Of a stretch of 64,000 nt of DNA, positions 28,794-38,348 are shown piece after piece (the first letter of the stretch is position 1; each line of letters starts with the position of its first letter). Source of the stretch: an uncultured archaeon. Its GTDB lineage: Archaea > Aenigmatarchaeota > Aenigmatarchaeia > GW2011-AR5. Made by a program: the position numbers and the translations under genes. Under the pieces are notes generated by a model that saw only the letters and a program-made list of their open reading frames with translations, was not told the origin of the DNA and did not search any database. Location: the NCBI GenBank assembly GCA_964599215.1, contig CAZRDV010000001.1:55615-119614 (forward strand), read 5' to 3'.

Positions 28794-29083
28794 ATCTAGT
28801 ATATGGTGCGCTTCTCTTACATTCTGCCGGAAAGGAAATAAACGAAGAGTCAATAAAAAAGATAGCAGAAGCTACTGGTGAGAAAGTAGAAGAATCCCAG
28901 GTCAAAGCACTTATTGCTGCACTGGATGGTGTGAACATAGAAGATGTTATAAGCAAGGCAGCAATGCCTGTTGCCGTACCTGCAGCAGCACCTGCAGCAG
29001 AAGAGAAGAAGGAAGAGAAGCCAGAAGAAAAGGAAAAGAAAGCAGAAGAAGCAGCTGAAGGATTAGGTGCTCTTTTCGGATGA
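28790..29083 (+). CDS. rpl12: 50S ribosomal protein L12 (archaeal P1)
   Basis: [15 protein letters not shown], Ala-rich hinge, acidic tail [12 protein letters not shown]. Confidence 0.97.
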   Translation: MNLVYGALLLHSAGKEINEESIKKIAEATGEKVEESQVKALIAALDGVNIEDVISKAAMPVAVPAAAPAAEEKKEEKPEEKEKKAEEAAEGLGALFG

Positions 29084-29135
29084 TTTTTTGGATTTTTGCC
29101 TGTTTTTATCAAATAATTAGATGTTAGAATCTATT

Positions 29136-30878
29136 TTATTCTAGAACAGCCCTTATTCTTCGCACGCCTGCAGACACTGCTTCCTCTTTGATAATCCTGA
29201 ATTTTCCAAGCTCTTTAGTGTTTTTAACATGCGGACCTGAGCATATCTCCTTGGAGAAATCACCTATTGTATAGACAGAGACGTGTTCTCCGTATTTAGA
29301 TTCGAAGAAACCGAGCGCACCCTGGTTTTTTGCAGCTTCAGGCGTCATCTCATCGCAACTAACATCAAGGCCGGATTCAATAATCTTATTTACAAGCTCT
29401 TCCACCTTTTTTAGCTGTTCTTTGGTCATCTTTTCTTTATGCGAGAAATCAAACCTTAGGCGCTCAGCAGTTATGTTGCTTCCCCTCTGCTTTACATGGG
29501 GTCCGAGAACAATTCTTAATGCCTCATGCAACAGGTGCGTTGCTGTATGGTATTTTACTGCTGTATTGCTGTGATCAGCAAGTCCGCTCTTGAATATGCC
29601 TTCTGTGCTCTTCCTGCTAAGCTCCTGGTGTTTTTCAAATTCATTTTCAAATTCTTTTTTGTCCACTGTCCAGCCCTTTTCTTTTGCAAGCTCCTCTGTC
29701 ATCTCGATTGGAAAACCATATGACTGGAAAAGGAGGAAGGCGTCTCTGCCGCTTATAATCTTATTTTTTGGTGCAAGCCTGCTGAAATGCTTCATTCCCT
29801 TGTCAAGTGTTTTTCTGAATCTCTCTTCTTCTTTTTCTATTTCGTCTATTATGAAATCCCTGTGCTTCTTAAGCTCAGGATAATGAGAATACATTTCAAT
29901 TATCAAGCCTGCTAGCTGGGTTATGCCATCCTTCATGCCCAATAGCATGGAATGTCTTATTGATCTTCTGAGCAGCCTTCTTACTATATAGCCATGGCCG
30001 AGGTTTGATGGGGTTATTGCCCTGTCGTCTCCGAGGACAAAAACAACAGCACGCATATGATCTGCAATTATCCTTTCTGATTTTGTATCTTCGTTTTCCG
30101 ATAACTCCCTTATCTTCTTTATTATTGGCAGGAATAGCTCTGTTTCATATACGCTTTCTTTTTTCTGCAGAACTGCTGTTGTGCGCTCAAGTCCCATTCC
30201 TGTATCAACGTTCTTCTGCTTCAGCAGCTCGTATCGTCCATCCTTTGTCTTGTTGTATTCCATGAACACGTCATTCCATATCTCGAAATACTTACCGCAG
30301 TTGCAGCCAGGTTTGCAGTTTTTTGAGCATTTTTTCTTTCCTATATCAAAAAACATTTCTGTGCACGGCCCGCACGGACCTGTCAGGCCTGATGGTCCCC
30401 ACCAGTTGTCTTTTTTTGGATTGTAAAACAGCCTTTCTTTAGGCACGCCGAGCTTCATCCATGCCTTTGCTGACTCCTCATCTTTCGGGGCGTCGCTGTC
30501 GCCGGCAAAAACAGTTACGTTTATCCTTTCTTTGTCAAGGCCCAGGCCTTTTGTCATGAACTCAAGGCTCCATTCTATTGCCTCTTTCTTGAAATAATCA
30601 CCAAAGCTCCAGTTTCCAAGCATCTCGAAGAACGTATTGTGGAAAGGGTCGCCAACATCGTTTATGTCGTCTGTACGCAGGCATTTCTGCACATCAACAA
30701 TTCTTTTTCCAAGCGGGTGTTTCTGGCCAAGCAAGAAAGGCACAAGCGGGTGCATGCCAGCTGTTGTAAACAAGACTGTTGGATCGTTCTCAGGAATAAG
30801 CGAGTATGATGGTATAAATTTGTGATCCTTTTCCTCAAAAAATTTTATATATTTCCTCTTCAGCTCTTCAGCTTCCAT
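29136..30878 (-). CDS. alaS: Alanine--tRNA ligase, short form lacking C-Ala domain
   Basis: DPTVLFTTAGM, FFEMLGNWSFGDYFK, DTGMGLER; editing motifs HTATHLLH and CSGPHV; ends at GVRRIRAVLE. Confidence 0.95.
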   Translation of the reverse strand: MEAEELKRKYIKFFEEKDHKFIPSYSLIPENDPTVLFTTAGMHPLVPFLLGQKHPLGKRIVDVQKCLRTDDINDVGDPFHNTFFEMLGNWSFGDYFKKEAIEWSLEFMTKGLGLDKERINVTVFAGDSDAPKDEESAKAWMKLGVPKERLFYNPKKDNWWGPSGLTGPCGPCTEMFFDIGKKKCSKNCKPGCNCGKYFEIWNDVFMEYNKTKDGRYELLKQKNVDTGMGLERTTAVLQKKESVYETELFLPIIKKIRELSENEDTKSERIIADHMRAVVFVLGDDRAITPSNLGHGYIVRRLLRRSIRHSMLLGMKDGITQLAGLIIEMYSHYPELKKHRDFIIDEIEKEEERFRKTLDKGMKHFSRLAPKNKIISGRDAFLLFQSYGFPIEMTEELAKEKGWTVDKKEFENEFEKHQELSRKSTEGIFKSGLADHSNTAVKYHTATHLLHEALRIVLGPHVKQRGSNITAERLRFDFSHKEKMTKEQLKKVEELVNKIIESGLDVSCDEMTPEAAKNQGALGFFESKYGEHVSVYTIGDFSKEICSGPHVKNTKELGKFRIIKEEAVSAGVRRIRAVLE

Positions 30879-30924
30879 AGTAGAAATTATAGAATAGGAT
30901 ATTTTAAAAGCATTGATAAGATGG

Positions 30925-31404
30925 TTAGGAAGTAACATTGCCTGTGGTATTGCCGGTGGTGTTGCCTGTTATCTCTTCGTAGCCGCATTCAAGCGGTGTT
31001 ATTAGCAGGATATTACAGAGGCTATCAAATATGTTGCCTCTGGTTACATTTGTTATTTCCTCTTCGCCGTAAGGGCCTGTTACAACAGCATAGGTCTCGT
31101 TGCCTGGTATTTTTTCAACTATAAGCTGGATTTGATTATCGTTGGTTCTTAGATAATCAGGAAGGTTGTCTACATAAGAGATTATACCTGGATCAGGGTT
31201 ATACACTTTCATTATTGTAAATCCTACTCTCAGATATTCATTCTCTATGGCTGGGTCCAGCTCCCCTTCTATTACAAACTCTTTCAGCTCGTTTGTTTCT
31301 TCCGGTGGGGTTATGGCGCTTGTAAATACATATGCAATACTTGACATGAAGAATATGGAGGCTACGAGCAGCACGCCTATTCTCTGTTTTGTTATCTTTT
31401 TCAT
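30925..31404 (-). CDS. Hypothetical membrane-anchored/secreted protein
   Basis: N-terminal hydrophobic segment; C-terminal TGNT repeats (N-glycosylation sequons). Confidence 0.7.
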   Translation of the reverse strand: MKKITKQRIGVLLVASIFFMSSIAYVFTSAITPPEETNELKEFVIEGELDPAIENEYLRVGFTIMKVYNPDPGIISYVDNLPDYLRTNDNQIQLIVEKIPGNETYAVVTGPYGEEEITNVTRGNIFDSLCNILLITPLECGYEEITGNTTGNTTGNVTS

Positions 31405-32318
31405 TTTTCTCCCATGATGTAGTTATATGCTGATATGGCTGCTATTGCGCCATCAGCTGCTGCTGTTATGTTCTGCTTCAGTTGATTACTACTAATATCG
31501 CCGGCTGCAAAAACTCCAGGCACGTTGGTCTCTCTCTTCTCGCTTATAATTATGAATCCTTCCTTATCAAGCGTTACTCCGAGGTCTTTTATCAGGTTTG
31601 TTGCAGGAACAGACCCTATCTCCATGAATACGCCATTAACAGGCAGGGTAGATATTTCATTGGTTTTAACGTTTCTTATCTTGACTGAGTTTACAAAATC
31701 CTTTCCGATAATCTCTTCAATAACAGAGTCCCATATCATTTTTATACTGCTTTTGAACAGCCTGTCCTGTAATATTTTCTCAGCTCTCAGCTGATCTCTT
31801 CTATGGATTATGTAAACGTTCTTTGCCATACCCTCCATGAAAAGGGCCCCTTTTACAGCAGAATCGCCGCCGCCAATGATGGCAATATCCTTGTTCTTGA
31901 ACAGAGGCCCGTCACATACTACGCAATATGATACGCCCTTGCCTAAAAACTTTTCTTCTCCAGGAACATTGGCTTTTCTGTATTTAAGGCCTGTGGCAAG
32001 GATGACTGCCTTGGCTTCGTAATCAGACCTGGCTCTTACAAGAAAGTGGCTGTTCTTTTTGAGGATAACAATAACCTTATCCTTTTTTATTTCACAGCCA
32101 TGGTCAATGACCTGTTTTTTCATTTTGTCTATTAGGTCCTTGCCTGTTATGCTATCAAAGCCTGGATAATTCTCTAGCATGGGGGTTATTTCCAGGTTGG
32201 AGAGCTGTGATGGGTTATCTAGAACCAGGGTATTCATACCCTGCCGCCTGGCGAATATAGCTGCTGTTAGCCCTGCTGGTCCTGAACCAATTATTATCAG
32301 ATCGTACATTAGTATCAT
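31401..32318 (-). CDS. trxB: Thioredoxin-disulfide reductase
   Basis: GSGPAGLTAA, GVSYCVVCDG, GGGDSA, HRRDQLRA, GVFAAGD. Confidence 0.95.
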   Translation of the reverse strand: MILMYDLIIIGSGPAGLTAAIFARRQGMNTLVLDNPSQLSNLEITPMLENYPGFDSITGKDLIDKMKKQVIDHGCEIKKDKVIVILKKNSHFLVRARSDYEAKAVILATGLKYRKANVPGEEKFLGKGVSYCVVCDGPLFKNKDIAIIGGGDSAVKGALFMEGMAKNVYIIHRRDQLRAEKILQDRLFKSSIKMIWDSVIEEIIGKDFVNSVKIRNVKTNEISTLPVNGVFMEIGSVPATNLIKDLGVTLDKEGFIIISEKRETNVPGVFAAGDISSNQLKQNITAAADGAIAAISAYNYIMGEK

Positions 32319-32406
32319 CTGTATGATTAATTTTTAAAAGATTAAACAGGCAGCCAAAGTAATAAAAGGTTTTGTCCTTTGGAGGGGGAATAATTAGATC
32401 TTAAAA

Positions 32407-32492
32407 TAGCCCTGGTAGGATTCGAACCTACGTCACGAGGTCCAGAGCCTCGTATCCTTGACCATTTTCCAGATAATCTAGACCACAGGGCT
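32407..32492 (-). tRNA. tRNA-Gln(CTG) with ~11-13 nt insertion in the D-loop (probable non-canonical intron)
   Basis: Minus strand: AGCCCTG TG GTCT AG [ATTATCTGGAAAA] TGGTCAA GGAT A CGAGG CT CTG GA CCTCG TGAC GTAGG TTCGAAT CCTAC CAGGGCT A; 86 nt in total. Confidence 0.88.
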
Positions 32493-32511
32493 TTATAAGA
32501 AATAGAATGAA

Positions 32512-32745
32512 TTAAACACTTAAATCTTTCAGTAGCTTGTTTCCCTTCCTTGTTATTATGAAACATGTAGAACCAAGCGGGTTTATAGCCCTTATCAGAT
32601 TCTTTTCAATCAGATTCTGAGTAGCAGAGTCTACAATGCCTGTGCTGTCAGGGCTGTTCAGGGTGTTTTTTAGCTCGATTTTTGTAGTTAACTTGGCTTC
32701 TCCTATTTTCTTCAATATCCTTTCTTCTGTTTTTGTTATGTCCAT
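32512..32745 (-). CDS. Small winged-helix protein
   Basis: 77 aa; L.EKNLI...FIITRKG wing pattern. Confidence 0.65.
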   Translation of the reverse strand: MDITKTEERILKKIGEAKLTTKIELKNTLNSPDSTGIVDSATQNLIEKNLIRAINPLGSTCFIITRKGNKLLKDLSV

Positions 32746-32827
32746 TGTACTTACCTAGGTATTTAATAATCTATGAAGAAATAAATAAATTACGATAGAT
32801 ATAAAAGAGTTAGAAAATAAGTTTGAG

Positions 32828-33259
32828 ATGAGAAAAATGCCAATAATCGGTCTGAATCTGAGATCAGTCAAAGCAAGTGTAAATGAGGTCAACAGCGGAA
32901 AGAGTGTGGACATCAAGTCATCTCCGGTAATAGAAAAGATAGTAAAGAAGAGCATAAATCTGCCAGGCGTAAATGAAATCCTATCAATAGGCTTTAAATT
33001 TACTACACATTATGAGCCTAAGGTCGGGGAAATATTCTTTGAGGGCGATGTTCTTTACAGTTCAGGAAATATAAAAGATGTGTTGAAGAAATGGGAAAAG
33101 GATAAAAAAATGGATGATAACATGGCTCTGGAGGTCCTGAATGCCATATTCAGAAGGTGTCTTACAAAGGGTATAGACATTGCGGCTGAGTTGGGACTGC
33201 CTCCGCCGATAAGGTTTCCGGTTGTAAAGCCAAAGGAACAGGATGAATACATAGGATGA
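32828..33259 (+). CDS. Conserved-looking archaeal hypothetical protein
   Basis: 143 aa beta-rich N-part and helix ending LGLPPPIRFP; function not recognised. Confidence 0.7.
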   Translation: MRKMPIIGLNLRSVKASVNEVNSGKSVDIKSSPVIEKIVKKSINLPGVNEILSIGFKFTTHYEPKVGEIFFEGDVLYSSGNIKDVLKKWEKDKKMDDNMALEVLNAIFRRCLTKGIDIAAELGLPPPIRFPVVKPKEQDEYIG

Positions 33260-33317
33260 CGTAATGCAATTGTAATGCCTATTTGTAGATTCTTTAGAAT
33301 AAAGCTATGGTACTGCC

Positions 33318-33584
33318 TCAGCCTCTAAGGTCGTCTAGTATATCTCTGCTTATTTTCTTTTCTTCGAGCTTTTCGTCCAGCAAATCAATCCTTTCCCTTA
33401 CGTCTTCAATGCTCCTCTTCAGTTCGAATATATCATCGTTCTTGATTGAAGAGATTTCCCTATTTATTGAATCTATTACGTCCTTCTGTTTTGTGAATTT
33501 CTCGCTTATTATACTTGCAAATTCCCTTAGAAACTCACTTATTTCCAGCTCTCTTTTTTCGGCAGTTGTCAATTCTTCGTACAT
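33318..33584 (-). CDS. Hypothetical coiled-coil protein
   Basis: Charged heptad pattern; ATG 33584 chosen. Confidence 0.55.
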   Translation of the reverse strand: MYEELTTAEKRELEISEFLREFASIISEKFTKQKDVIDSINREISSIKNDDIFELKRSIEDVRERIDLLDEKLEEKKISRDILDDLRG

Positions 33585-33684
33585 TATAATGATAAGCTGA
33601 AAAAGTTTTAATAGGCGTAGCATTTTTGGCCATGAAAACATTTAAATAGGGGGAAAAACAACTTATACAAAGGAGGGAACTGAA

Positions 33685-34065
33685 ATGAAAATAAAAGGAC
33701 AAGCAGCCATGGAGTACCTCATGACATACGGCTGGGCTATAATTATTATAATTGTGGCTGTAGCTGCTCTTTATGCCATGGGTGTATTCAATCTAGGAGG
33801 GAGTACAGTACCTTGTTCACCGTGTTTCAGCTACTTTGCATTCATAGACTACGCTAACGATACACTTAAAATCAGAAACGGGGCTTACGATATTCAGTCC
33901 ATGACTATCGATACAGGAACACTGAGTACATCAACACCAAGCCCAGGTAACGATATAACCGTTACAGGGTTAGCAGGAACAGGTGACTTGACCCTTACAA
34001 TAACATACAACCTTACATCTTCTGGTTTGGTCCACACGGATTCAGCAACCATACACAGGGGATAA
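33685..34065 (+). CDS. Type IV pilin (probable major pilin)
   Basis: MKIKG|QAAMEYLMTYGWAIIIIIV class III signal; strong SD AGGAGG; stand-alone gene with T-rich 3' tract. Confidence 0.9.
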   Translation: MKIKGQAAMEYLMTYGWAIIIIIVAVAALYAMGVFNLGGSTVPCSPCFSYFAFIDYANDTLKIRNGAYDIQSMTIDTGTLSTSTPSPGNDITVTGLAGTGDLTLTITYNLTSSGLVHTDSATIHRG

Positions 34066-34126
34066 AAGGCTGCATAGATAGGTAATGTGTTTTATTTATT
34101 GAATTTTTTCTTATTCTTTTTTACTT

Positions 34127-35110
34127 TTAGAACATAGTACCGAACATACTTATAAGAACAGTTTTTGAAAGGAAGTATATTCCTAAGCCTAGGAAAAGCA
34201 ATATGGGAATGAATTTCAGCCCTGATCTCTCTGAACCCTCCTGCACCAGGCCTATGAGCATACCACCGAAAATAGATGTGATTAGAATAGCCAAGATAGA
34301 GTAGAGATTCAGGAATTCTGAATCAATTTCAGTGCTACTGAAGCTGATAAACGGGGCGTTGCCAGGAATGTTTTCTGTATCCATTCCCCCTGTTATCTCC
34401 CCCATGCTTGTGACAAGAAACCCTGATACCGAGTATAAGAGCGGTGCGCCTATTCCAGCCGCGAAGAAGATAAATATAACGTACATCATAACTATGGCGC
34501 TAACCTCTTTTCTCATGGTTTTTGTCTGCCTTATATCCTCTGCAAGGCTATCCAACAGGCTTGGAAGATTTCCGCCTTTTAGGAGTCCTTCTGCTAGCAG
34601 GTCCATGCTTCTTCTCAGGGCATTTGAATTGAATTTATCAACCAGCCTTTTGAGTGCGGTTTCTGCTGATTCTCCTGATATGGTCTCTTTTGCTGCCTGT
34701 TTGATTTCTGTCTCCAGTTGACCGAATTCAGGTCTTGCTGAGAGCAGCAAGGCCTTATCAATGGTGAAACCTGAACGAATATTGGATGAAAGGAGCCTTA
34801 AGAAATCAGGAATTATGTCTTCTACAAACTTTGTTCTGCTGTCAGTCTTTATGATCAAAACAGAGTGAATCAGAATCCCAAATAAAATAAAAATAACTAA
34901 AAAAACCGGCAGAACAAGGCTGCTGGCTATTATGCCTAAAAAATACAGAACAAGACTTATTAAACCAAATATAATGCCGTAAAAGACGAAAATACCGACA
35001 AATTTCTCAGCTGGCATGGATACCTTTGAATATATCAAATACCTCTTGATCCATCCCTTGTAGGAGGATGGTGCAAACCTGTACAATCTGTTATAAATTC
35101 TATACCTCAA
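34127..35110 (-). CDS. T2SSF (TadC-like) pilus platform protein
   Basis: PDFLRLLSSNIRSG.TI..AL....RPEFG.L..EI, GGNL..LL; TM helices. Confidence 0.9.
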   Translation of the reverse strand: MRYRIYNRLYRFAPSSYKGWIKRYLIYSKVSMPAEKFVGIFVFYGIIFGLISLVLYFLGIIASSLVLPVFLVIFILFGILIHSVLIIKTDSRTKFVEDIIPDFLRLLSSNIRSGFTIDKALLLSARPEFGQLETEIKQAAKETISGESAETALKRLVDKFNSNALRRSMDLLAEGLLKGGNLPSLLDSLAEDIRQTKTMRKEVSAIVMMYVIFIFFAAGIGAPLLYSVSGFLVTSMGEITGGMDTENIPGNAPFISFSSTEIDSEFLNLYSILAILITSIFGGMLIGLVQEGSERSGLKFIPILLFLGLGIYFLSKTVLISMFGTMF

Positions 35111-35981
35111 TGGAAGGCCTCCTGTTCTTTATTATTCCGATGAAAGAAAACTGGAATACAATCAAAATAAGCAAGAGTAAAAAGAATATTGTTCTTGTTA
35201 TAGGGAACCCTGAAAATGAGGATATTATAATAAGAAAGGTAGTACCGAGCGAGGGTATGACCACGGCAAGCATCATGTACATCATTGCCATTGGGTTAAG
35301 CTGTGATCCGTATTTACGTATTGCTATTCTCTGTTCACTTGAAACATTATTAACAATGCTCTCAAGAGTGCTTCCTAGATCGGTACCTGACCTCATGGAA
35401 TTGGTTATCTGCCATATCGCCCTTCTGAAATGAAGAGACGGATTCTTTAATGCAAGTTCTTCCAGGGCAGTGTCTTCAGGCATACCAGTCGAGATTTTTT
35501 TGGTGCATATGGCAATTTCATCGGAGAGGGCACCATAGTTCTGTTTAGCGACGGAAACAAGCGAATCAAACAAAGAAACTCCTGATTTCACCTGTATGGT
35601 CAGGTGCCTTAAGCCATACAGAATATTTTTTTCCAGTTCTTTAACCTTTCTTGTAATCATAAGTTTCGGGTAAAGAAGTACATAAATAAAAGCTAGCAGG
35701 GAGACGCTGATAGCAGTTAGAAAAGATATGAATAAGAAATTAAGTTCAAGTATCTTCCCAAGGGTAAGGAATGATATTAATAAAAGGAAAAACCAGAAAA
35801 TTGATGTGATGAAGGCAACAGAGGCATACTCTCTTGCATCAATATCTATTTCAGCCTGTTTTAAGTACATATTAAGGGATGAGTGTTTTACTATCTTGTC
35901 CCCTATTCTTGTGAATCTTCTAGCTAACCTAAATATCTTTTCTAGAGGAAATGGAACAAAGGGAATTTTCTTCAATTTCAT
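35100..35981 (-). CDS. T2SSF (TadB-like) pilus platform protein
   Basis: IQVKSGVSLFDSL....YGALSDEI, NPS..FRRAIWQI.NS..SG. Confidence 0.9.
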   Translation of the reverse strand: MKLKKIPFVPFPLEKIFRLARRFTRIGDKIVKHSSLNMYLKQAEIDIDAREYASVAFITSIFWFFLLLISFLTLGKILELNFLFISFLTAISVSLLAFIYVLLYPKLMITRKVKELEKNILYGLRHLTIQVKSGVSLFDSLVSVAKQNYGALSDEIAICTKKISTGMPEDTALEELALKNPSLHFRRAIWQITNSMRSGTDLGSTLESIVNNVSSEQRIAIRKYGSQLNPMAMMYMMLAVVIPSLGTTFLIIISSFSGFPITRTIFFLLLLILIVFQFSFIGIIKNRRPSIEV

Positions 35982-37507
35982 ATGCTCTCCAAATAGTATT
36001 TTGGGATAATTTCATCCGCATTCTTTTTGTTTTTTATGAGTTTCAGAACATTTTCAGGATCCTGATAATATTCGGAGATAACAAAACCGACGCCGTTTAC
36101 AGTATTAACCTTGTTCCTAACAAGCCAGTCGAGTATGACCTGCTTTGCTTTCAGGTCTTTCTGGATTTCAATTTCTGTCATCCCGCCATAAGACTTCAGC
36201 TTTTCCATCAGCTTGATGCTCTCTTTATATTTTATTATTTCGTCTTTCAATGGGTCCCATTTGAAAAGAACCCTTAACTCTTCTTTAGCCTTTTCCTCAC
36301 CTGTCGCTATGGTTGGGAGCATTTCCACTACCTCGTAGATTCTTCTTATGCCTTTTCTCCTGTCTCTGAACATGACTATCAGTAAATCTAATGATTCCAG
36401 GAGCGGCTCTGGCACGGATATCGGTGCGTTTACAAGCCTTCTGAATGTTTGTTCCGCAGTATCTGCATGCAGTGTAGAATAGACGCTATGGCCGGTGTGC
36501 ATTGCTTCAAAAAGAACTTCTGCTTCTTCTGCTCTTCTTATTTCGCCTACAACTATCCTGTCAGGCCTCATTCTAAGGCTGTTTACCAAAAGGTCTAGCA
36601 TACCTATCCCGCCCTTTCCTTCTGGATTTGGTTCTCTTGTTGTCAGTGGTACCCAGTGCAAGAAATCAGGCAGATTTACTTCTCGCGTGTCTTCTATGCT
36701 TATTATACGCTGATTTGGCGGTATGAAAGGCATTAGTGTGTTGAGAAAGGAGGTTTTGCCAGTTGCAGTGCCGCCAGAAACTATCATGTTCATCTCAAAT
36801 TCAATAGCCAGCCAGAGCAGTGCTGTTATTTGTGATGATGTTGTTTTGTGTTCAATTAGATCGGTAATGGTCCACGGCTTCCTTCTAAACATTCTTATTG
36901 ATATAGTATTACCTACAGTGGAGATTGGAAAAAGTGTTGCATTAACCCTGTCACCGCTGATTAGGTGTGCATCAAGCAGAGGGTGCATGGTTGTTATCTG
37001 TCTTCCAACCTTTCTTCCTATGGATGATGCATAGTTTAAGATGTTGGCTTCGCTGTCAATGGTAATGTTTGTCTTAAGCCAGCCGTATTGTTTATGATAA
37101 ACCCATACAGGGCTTTTTGATGAATTGACAACTATTTCCTCAAGCCTACCATCTGCCAATAACATTTCAATGTTTCCTAATCCAAGCATCTCGTGAACCA
37201 AAGAGGTTGCTAAAAAGTTCTCTTCTAGCTCAGTTATTCCGAAGAGCTTTTCTCTTATAATTTTAACCCCACGTGAGTATAACTTCGCTTTCATTTCTTC
37301 TAGGGCCTGTGGATCCAATAATTCATGTGTATTGATTTGTAATTTATTGATGATTTCTTCCTTTGCTTCATCAAGCAGCGCAAGCGTCCCTTCCTCCAGT
37401 TTTGGCATTTTTACAAAGTATATGGGAACAAAATCATGCTTGTCTTTTTTTATCTCTACTTCAACTTTGATTCTGTCAGCCGAAAACGAATATTTGTCTA
37501 TCATCAT
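35978..37507 (-). CDS. Pilus assembly ATPase (CpaF/TadA/VirB11 family)
   Basis: GGTATGKTS, SIEDTRE, LRMRPDRIVVGEIR, AMHTGH...TLHA. Confidence 0.95.
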   Translation of the reverse strand: MMIDKYSFSADRIKVEVEIKKDKHDFVPIYFVKMPKLEEGTLALLDEAKEEIINKLQINTHELLDPQALEEMKAKLYSRGVKIIREKLFGITELEENFLATSLVHEMLGLGNIEMLLADGRLEEIVVNSSKSPVWVYHKQYGWLKTNITIDSEANILNYASSIGRKVGRQITTMHPLLDAHLISGDRVNATLFPISTVGNTISIRMFRRKPWTITDLIEHKTTSSQITALLWLAIEFEMNMIVSGGTATGKTSFLNTLMPFIPPNQRIISIEDTREVNLPDFLHWVPLTTREPNPEGKGGIGMLDLLVNSLRMRPDRIVVGEIRRAEEAEVLFEAMHTGHSVYSTLHADTAEQTFRRLVNAPISVPEPLLESLDLLIVMFRDRRKGIRRIYEVVEMLPTIATGEEKAKEELRVLFKWDPLKDEIIKYKESIKLMEKLKSYGGMTEIEIQKDLKAKQVILDWLVRNKVNTVNGVGFVISEYYQDPENVLKLIKNKKNADEIIPKYYLESI

Positions 37508-38295
37508 ACCCTCCTCAAAACAGGCTTGCCTATGGCAGGATAGTCTATTTTTATAAGCCCGTGCTCTTCCAGTATCCTTGCCAGTTCTTCTATATGAGCT
37601 TCTTTCATTCCTGTTTCCTGTGCGATCTTTCCTATGCTGACCTTTGTTGTCACCATGTTCAATATCTTGTCTATATCAGTTTCTATTACGTTCCCCATTT
37701 CTTTTTGCATCACATCGAAAAACAGTCTCATTATACCTTTCATCACGTCTGTTCTGGTAGCTATGCCTGTTAAAGACCCCTTATTATTCACTACAGCCAG
37801 TCTTTCTGCATTGTTTTTATTTATCGTCTTTACCGCCTGGTTCAGGGTGTCGTCTTCCCTTACGGTAAATGGTTTGCGCATAACATCTCGGATAATGGTG
37901 CACCCCATGGCTTTTATGTCTTTGACGGTAATATCGTTTTTGCCCAATATTTTCAGTATGTCTGACTTGTTGATAATACCTACCAATTTGTTTCTGGATA
38001 GAACAGGGGCGCCATCAATCTTATCCCTGAAGAACATGTCTGCAGCGTTTCCTAGGTTGTCCTTTTCATCTAGCGTCTTCGGAGCTGGTACCATGATGTC
38101 CCTTATTTTTACAGTACCTATAATTATCTTATTCGTTACTGCCTTTACCCGCCTCTTCCTCGAAGCTGCAATATTGTCCAGTGTTTGCTTTGCTACTTTC
38201 TTTTGTGATTTTATTTTCATCTTTTTTTTACCAGCCTTTGGTGTCCTGTTTTTCATTTTGTTAACCTCCTTTTTCAATGATAATTTCTTAGCCAT
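37504..38295 (-). CDS. CBS-domain protein with basic N-terminus and wHTH-like C-terminus, coupled to the pilus ATPase
   Basis: CBS pair (DGAPV, ERLAVV), Lys-rich N-terminus, IEELARILEEHGLIKIDYP; ATGA overlap with the ATPase gene. Confidence 0.8.
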   Translation of the reverse strand: MAKKLSLKKEVNKMKNRTPKAGKKKMKIKSQKKVAKQTLDNIAASRKRRVKAVTNKIIIGTVKIRDIMVPAPKTLDEKDNLGNAADMFFRDKIDGAPVLSRNKLVGIINKSDILKILGKNDITVKDIKAMGCTIIRDVMRKPFTVREDDTLNQAVKTINKNNAERLAVVNNKGSLTGIATRTDVMKGIMRLFFDVMQKEMGNVIETDIDKILNMVTTKVSIGKIAQETGMKEAHIEELARILEEHGLIKIDYPAIGKPVLRRV

Positions 38296-38348
38296 AAATC
38301 ACCACCTTTTCTTATTCTATTATAATTTTCCATATATTAATTCTTCTT

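Noticed and set aside
32342..32566. 74-aa ORF on the minus strand
   Set aside because: Runs through tRNA-Gln.
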